From assembly GCA_036337035.1 (NCBI GenBank), contig JAYZFC010000002.1:208138-272137 (forward strand): 64,000 nt of DNA, given 5' to 3'. This document shows, in pieces, positions 59,123-64,000 of the stretch. A program made the translations under genes and the position numbers. Each line of letters opens with the position of its first letter. The first letter of the stretch is position 1. The notes below the pieces were generated by a model. The model was not told the origin of the DNA. It worked only from the letters and a program-made list of their open reading frames with translations, and did no database searches. This DNA is from Pseudomonadota bacterium (lineage in GTDB: Bacteria; Pseudomonadota; Gammaproteobacteria; Steroidobacterales; Rariloculaceae).

Positions 59123-60256
59123 TTAGTCTGCCTGCCTCCTAAGAAAAGCTGGAATATCTAGCATATCCTCTTGATCTAGCTTCTCCTCAACATCTTCACT
59201 ATTCCTCCTTACTGTAGGTATATCTAGATCATTGTAATTCGGATTTTCGTTAACAACTTTATCAGAAGATGAAACAACCCTTATTTCTTTTGGATTAGAT
59301 TCTTTTCCAAGTCCTGTTGCAACAATAGTAACCCTAATTTCTTCATTCATATCTGGTTCTATTACAGTTCCAAGAATTACCTCAGCATCATCTGCAGCAA
59401 ACTGCTTAACCGTCTCTCCCACTTCTTGGAATTCTCCTATAGATAGATCCATTCCAGCAGTAACATTAACTAGCACTCCATTAGCTCCAGATAAATTAAT
59501 ATCCTCCAGAAGAGGGCTAGAAATTGCTGCTTCAGTAGCTTCTGCGGCTCTTCCCATACCAGAAGCACTTCCTGTTCCCATCATAGCCATACCCATCTCT
59601 GACATGACAGTTCTAACATCTGCAAAATCTACATTAACCAATCCTGGCTTTGTAATTAACTCTGCTATACCCTGAACAGCTCCCTTTAAAACCTCATTAG
59701 CTGATTTAAATGCATCTAAAAGTGACGTCTCTGAACCAAGCACGCTAAGTAGTTTCTCGTTAGGAATGGTAATTAGAGAATCAACATGCTTTGCTAATTC
59801 TGCAATCCCATGATCTGCAAAGCCTTTACGTTTCTTTCCTTCCATCTCAAAAGGCCTAGTAACTACGGCGACAGTTAGAATACCTAACTCTTTGGCTAAC
59901 TGAGCTATAACTGGTGCAGCACCTGTTCCTGTTCCACCTCCAAGGCCTGCGGTTATAAATAGCATATCGGTTCCACCTATAACTTCTTGGAGTCTATCTC
60001 TATCTTCCATTGCGGCCTGACGGCCTATATCAGGATCGGCTCCAGCTCCTAAGCCTTTAGTTATATTACAACCAATTTGTATATTAGTTTTAGCGTTGGT
60101 ACCTCTCAATGCTTGTGCATCTGTATTAGCACAAATAAAATGAACTCCTTGAATGCCAGAGGAAAGCATATGAGATACAGCATTACCACCACCGCCACCA
60201 ACTCCTATTACTTTTATAATCGCAGTTTCATTATTATTATCCATTAACTCAAACAT
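59123..60256 (-). CDS. ftsZ: cell division GTPase FtsZ
   Basis: 377 aa. GVGGGGGNAV, GLGGGTGTGAAPV tubulin signature, and C-terminal DIPAFLRRQ tail. Confidence 0.98.
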   Translation of the reverse strand: MFELMDNNNETAIIKVIGVGGGGGNAVSHMLSSGIQGVHFICANTDAQALRGTNAKTNIQIGCNITKGLGAGADPDIGRQAAMEDRDRLQEVIGGTDMLFITAGLGGGTGTGAAPVIAQLAKELGILTVAVVTRPFEMEGKKRKGFADHGIAELAKHVDSLITIPNEKLLSVLGSETSLLDAFKSANEVLKGAVQGIAELITKPGLVNVDFADVRTVMSEMGMAMMGTGSASGMGRAAEATEAAISSPLLEDINLSGANGVLVNVTAGMDLSIGEFQEVGETVKQFAADDAEVILGTVIEPDMNEEIRVTIVATGLGKESNPKEIRVVSSSDKVVNENPNYNDLDIPTVRRNSEDVEEKLDQEDMLDIPAFLRRQAD

Positions 60257-60286
60257 TATTAACTCCTATATTAAAGAACTTATTTA

Positions 60287-61510
60287 TTACCAACCTTGAA
60301 ACCAAGTTTTCATTCTATTAAATAACTCAGATCCCCCGCCTAAATTTTCAGAACCTACATCATCTGACTCCTTACCAAAAAGTAATAACCCTACTCCAGT
60401 AGCATGAATCGGGTTTCTTACCACATCTACTAAACCATCTACATACTGTGGGACACCTAGCCTAACAGGCATATGAAATATTTCCTCAGCAAGTTCTACT
60501 GCCCCTTCCATTTTTGAACATCCACCAGTAAGAACTATTCCAGCTGCAACCAGATCTTCAAATCCAGATCTTCTTAATTCATCTCTAACAAGTGAAAATA
60601 ATTCTTCATATCTTGGCTCAACAACTTCTGCTAAAGTTTGCCTTGATAATCTTCTTGATGGCCGGTCACCTACACTAGGAACTTCTATAGTCTCATCTTG
60701 GTTTGCTAGCTGAGACAATGCACAAGCGTATTTAATCTTTATTTCCTCAGCATATTGAGTCGGCGTCCTCAAAGAAACTGCTATATCATTAGTTACCTGA
60801 TCACCAGCAATTGGAATTACAGCAGTATGCTGGATAGCTCCTCCTACGCATACAGCTATATCTGTTGTACCTCCTCCCATATCAATTAAGCATACGCCAA
60901 GCTCTTGCTCATCTTCAGTCAGAACTGAATAGCTAGAAGCTAACTGTTCCAAAACAATATTGCTAACTTCAAGACCGCATCTCTGAATACACTTAACGAT
61001 ATTTTGTGCAGCACTTACAGCTCCTGTTACAAGATGAACCTTTGCTTCTAATCTTACTCCAGACATCCCTATTGGCTCACGGATACCTTCTTGATGATCT
61101 ATCAAAAACTCCTGAGGTAAGACATGTAATATTTTTTGGTCAGATGGTATAGCTACAGCTCTTGCAGCATCTATAACTCTTTCTACATCTCCTGAGCTAA
61201 CCTCTCTATCAAGAATTGCAACTATCCCATGAGAATTAATACTTTTTACATGACTTCCTGCAATGCCAGCAAATACATTATTAACTTCACAACCTGCCAT
61301 CAATTCTGCCTCTTCAACAGATCTCTGAATAGACTGGACCGTTGATTCAATATTTACTACCACTCCTCTTTTTAATCCTCTTGATGGATGTGAACCAATT
61401 CCAATTACCTCTACCTTATTATCTTCAGATATTTCTCCCACAATTGTCACAACTTTTGAAGTGCCTATATCTAATCCAACTATAAGGTTTCTATCTTCTT
61501 TTTTAGCCAA
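60287..61510 (-). CDS. ftsA: cell division protein FtsA
   Basis: 407 aa. Actin-fold motifs VGLDIGTSK, DMGGGTTD, VLTGG. Confidence 0.95.
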   Translation of the reverse strand: MAKKEDRNLIVGLDIGTSKVVTIVGEISEDNKVEVIGIGSHPSRGLKRGVVVNIESTVQSIQRSVEEAELMAGCEVNNVFAGIAGSHVKSINSHGIVAILDREVSSGDVERVIDAARAVAIPSDQKILHVLPQEFLIDHQEGIREPIGMSGVRLEAKVHLVTGAVSAAQNIVKCIQRCGLEVSNIVLEQLASSYSVLTEDEQELGVCLIDMGGGTTDIAVCVGGAIQHTAVIPIAGDQVTNDIAVSLRTPTQYAEEIKIKYACALSQLANQDETIEVPSVGDRPSRRLSRQTLAEVVEPRYEELFSLVRDELRRSGFEDLVAAGIVLTGGCSKMEGAVELAEEIFHMPVRLGVPQYVDGLVDVVRNPIHATGVGLLLFGKESDDVGSENLGGGSELFNRMKTWFQGW

Positions 61511-61536
61511 TTAAAATCACCTCCCATTTAAATATT

Positions 61537-62274
61537 TTATAAACTCGCTAAACGATCTTCCTGTATATCTTTCCAGCCTACAGAAAAGCCACTTGTATAT
61601 CTCATATCTATATATGAAATACGATTAAAATCTTCTTTAAGATTTGGAATAACAATATTAAAAAGTCTATTAGTTCTATTATTTACTTCTTTCCTACCAA
61701 TACGAATCTCAGGTCCGCTAGAAAATGAAATTAGCCATGAATATCTCTCATCCATTGAAATAAAATCTAAATCAAGGTTAGTTTTTTCTAATGAGTCTTT
61801 TATTTCAAAATATTTATTGGATATTTTAAACTCTGACCCTTCAGGTCCAAAAAGATTTGGTAATTCAGGGAAATGATTATTGCCTCTATCAATAAATATT
61901 TCTCCTCTTTCATTAAGAAGGCTATTTTTATTCCATATAGCAGTAGGAATTTGCTCATATATTCGAACAGCAATCTTATTTGGCCACCTTCTAGTTATCT
62001 CAACATTATCAACCCAATCTAACCCTTCTAAACGTGCCTCTAATGATCTTATTTCTATGCTAAAAAAACCTTTTCCTAAAACTCCTGAAAATATCTCTTC
62101 TACTTGAATTGGGTTTACTCTTTGAAATAAACCGACTAACTCAAGCTTCTGAATTGGCGTATCTAAAAATATTCTAGAGGCCAAAAAAATACAAATAACT
62201 AAAACAGTAAATAATATGGAATTAAATAAACTTCTATATTTATATTTTTTATTGTGTTCAATTATATTAATCAC
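61537..62274 (-). CDS. ftsQ: cell division protein FtsQ
   Basis: 245 aa. Single N-terminal TM helix and a POTRA-like VEITRRWPNKIAVRIYE. Position upstream of ftsA. Confidence 0.78.
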   Translation of the reverse strand: MINIIEHNKKYKYRSLFNSILFTVLVICIFLASRIFLDTPIQKLELVGLFQRVNPIQVEEIFSGVLGKGFFSIEIRSLEARLEGLDWVDNVEITRRWPNKIAVRIYEQIPTAIWNKNSLLNERGEIFIDRGNNHFPELPNLFGPEGSEFKISNKYFEIKDSLEKTNLDLDFISMDERYSWLISFSSGPEIRIGRKEVNNRTNRLFNIVIPNLKEDFNRISYIDMRYTSGFSVGWKDIQEDRLASL

Positions 62275-63206
62275 TAAATTAATCCTTTCTTAATTAAAGA
62301 ATTGCTAAAACTATTCTCACCGATAATCTTTACTTCTAATTCGAGGTCTATACTAAATTTATCTTTTACTTTGTTTTTAATTTTATAAATTAAATTTTCA
62401 ATATCTGATGCTCTAGCAGAACCTAAATTAATAATAAAATTTGCATGCTTCTCAGAAACCGCTGCATCTCCTACTCTTTGACCTTTTAGTCCAGCTTCAT
62501 CAATTAATCTAGCTGCATAATCATCTATTGGATTTCTAAACACAGAACCACAACTTCTTTTACCTATAGGCTGAGCTTTTGCCCTTTTGCTTAATAATTT
62601 TCTTGTATCACCTGTATTAATGTTTTCATCTTTATATAATGCGAAAGTAGCACTTAAAAACCATTCTTCCTGAATTCCCTCAACTGACCTATAAGATACT
62701 TTGTACTCTTTTGGAGTTCTTTTATTAATTTCGCCTTTACGGTTTATTGTTTCTACTGAATCAATATTCATCCAAGTCTCTTCACCAAAAGCACCAGCGT
62801 TCATAGCTAAAGCACCTCCTAGAGTTCCAGGAATTCCTGCAAAAAAAGAAGTAGGTCCCAATTTTAATTTTGTGCACTTTTTTGAAAAAATAGCACAGGG
62901 CATACCTGAACTTACTTTTATTATATTTTCTTCTATCTCCATAAATTCTCTAGGTAAATTTAAAGTACAAATTACTACACCTTTATAGCCCCCATCTCTA
63001 ACTAATAAATTTGATCCTAAACCAATCCAATAGATACTTTCATTATCATCTAAGCTACTTAAAAAATATTTAAGGTCAGAGATGCTACTTGGTTTAAAAA
63101 AAATTCCTGCTTTTCCTCCTACATTCCATGAAGTATGCCTAGACATTGGCTCATCTATTATTAGAGTAGATGAACTACTTATTTTTTTTAATAAGCGTTC
63201 ATTCAT
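62274..63206 (-). CDS. murB: UDP-N-acetylenolpyruvoylglucosamine reductase
   Basis: 310 aa. GLGSNLLV, AGIPGTLGGALAMNAGA, RSCGSVFRNP. Confidence 0.9.
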   Translation of the reverse strand: MNERLLKKISSSSTLIIDEPMSRHTSWNVGGKAGIFFKPSSISDLKYFLSSLDDNESIYWIGLGSNLLVRDGGYKGVVICTLNLPREFMEIEENIIKVSSGMPCAIFSKKCTKLKLGPTSFFAGIPGTLGGALAMNAGAFGEETWMNIDSVETINRKGEINKRTPKEYKVSYRSVEGIQEEWFLSATFALYKDENINTGDTRKLLSKRAKAQPIGKRSCGSVFRNPIDDYAARLIDEAGLKGQRVGDAAVSEKHANFIINLGSARASDIENLIYKIKNKVKDKFSIDLELEVKIIGENSFSNSLIKKGLI

Positions 63207-64000
63207 AATTTTATTCCAATTGGCTTTCTTGCTTTAAGAGAATAAAAAAGATTTTCTGAAGTAAGTCCAATATCTCCAGCACCCATTGTTAATAATATAT
63301 CTTTAGGAATAATAATTTTTTTTAAAATTTCTGGTAATAAGTCTAGATTACTAAGAAAAATTGGTTCTAAATCACTACTCAATCTTATTGATCTTGTTAA
63401 AGATTTTCCATTTATACCACTAATAGGTTTTTCGCTTGCTGAAAAAATTTCAGTTACAATAAGAAAATCAACTTTTGAAAGAGACTCAACAAAATCATCG
63501 AATAACTCTTTTGTTCTAGAATATCTATGAGGTTGAAAAATAGTAACAAGTCTTCTTTCTGGCCATATCTCTCTAATTGCTTTAATTGTAGAATTTATTT
63601 CTGAAGGATGATGAGCATAATCATCAATATAATCAATTATTCCATTTTCTGTTACTAAATTTTCCTTAATATGAAATCGCCTATCAATACCAGAAAAATT
63701 ATCTAAGGAATTCTTTATTATTTCTTTACTTATATTTAAATGAAGAGCCACGGCTATAGCTGCTAAGAAATTTTGAATATTATGTATACCTGGTAATTTA
63801 GATTTAATAGTGAATAGTAATTTATTTTTCCTATAAACCTTAAAATAAGTTTTTATACCTTTAATTTTAACTTCAGCTGCTCTTATCTCTGCATCCTCAT
63901 CAAAGCCATATGTTATAATTTTTCTACTTATATTGTTTAAAATACTTTTAATATTGTTATCATCAATACACATAAATACTGTTCCATCAAATGGAAGGTT
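63203..64000 (-). CDS. murC: UDP-N-acetylmuramate--L-alanine ligase, C-terminal part (gene continues beyond the window)
   Basis: PGIHNIQNFLAAIAVA, FSGIDRRF, IDDYAHHPSEI, QPHRYSRT. The reading frame is open to the window end. Confidence 0.9.
   Translation of the reverse strand, partial: NLPFDGTVFMCIDDNNIKSILNNISRKIITYGFDEDAEIRAAEVKIKGIKTYFKVYRKNKLLFTIKSKLPGIHNIQNFLAAIAVALHLNISKEIIKNSLDNFSGIDRRFHIKENLVTENGIIDYIDDYAHHPSEINSTIKAIREIWPERRLVTIFQPHRYSRTKELFDDFVESLSKVDFLIVTEIFSASEKPISGINGKSLTRSIRLSSDLEPIFLSNLDLLPEILKKIIIPKDILLTMGAGDIGLTSENLFYSLKARKPIGIKL

Noticed and set aside
1-64000. Scan for CRISPR arrays, rRNA genes, IS elements, prophage genes, toxin-antitoxin pairs or known defence-system domains.
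   Set aside because: No spaced repeat arrays were seen. No transposase, integrase, phage structural, restriction-modification, Cas, TIR, STAND, nuclease-helicase or toxin-like ORFs were recognised in the six-frame track. The window is essentially all metabolic and housekeeping genes.

Overview
AT-rich, extremely gene-dense 64 kb chromosomal window. Intergenic gaps are often under 15 nt and many start/stop codons overlap. Local gene order matches Gammaproteobacteria: bamD<>rluD-yfiH-clpB, nudB-aspS, pilD-coaE-zapD, mutT-secA, and lpxC-ftsZ-ftsA-ftsQ-murB-murC. I infer a streamlined, probably marine, gammaproteobacterium, but this is not proven. I saw no rRNA, CRISPR array, transposase, integrase, prophage or recognisable defence genes. 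There is one tRNA, tRNA-Ser(GCU). Main blocks: (1) 1-1.9 kb, alkyl-sulfatase-like fragment and purU. (2) 2.1-11.2 kb, an 11-gene minus-strand sugar operon combining heptose-phosphate enzymes with a NeuB-like synthase and a CMP-transferase-like protein; its last gene is frameshifted in an A11 run. (3) 11.6-20 kb, a plus-strand run of predicted exported enzymes (hydrolases, IorAB-type molybdoenzyme, LVIVD lipoprotein, rhodanese), then thiolase and chorismate mutase. (4) cysK<>cysB. (5) 23.3-34.5 kb, an 11-gene haem super-operon with a Gram-positive-type terminal branch (HemQ/ChdC plus actinobacterial-type ferrochelatase), an embedded two-component system and an MAO-type flavoprotein. (6) 34.6-64 kb, housekeeping genes. 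The most unexpected observation is a ~50-65 residue insertion in SecA whose core looks like the N-terminal domain of initiation factor IF3. All homology statements come from motif recognition and sequences recalled from memory; no searches were run.
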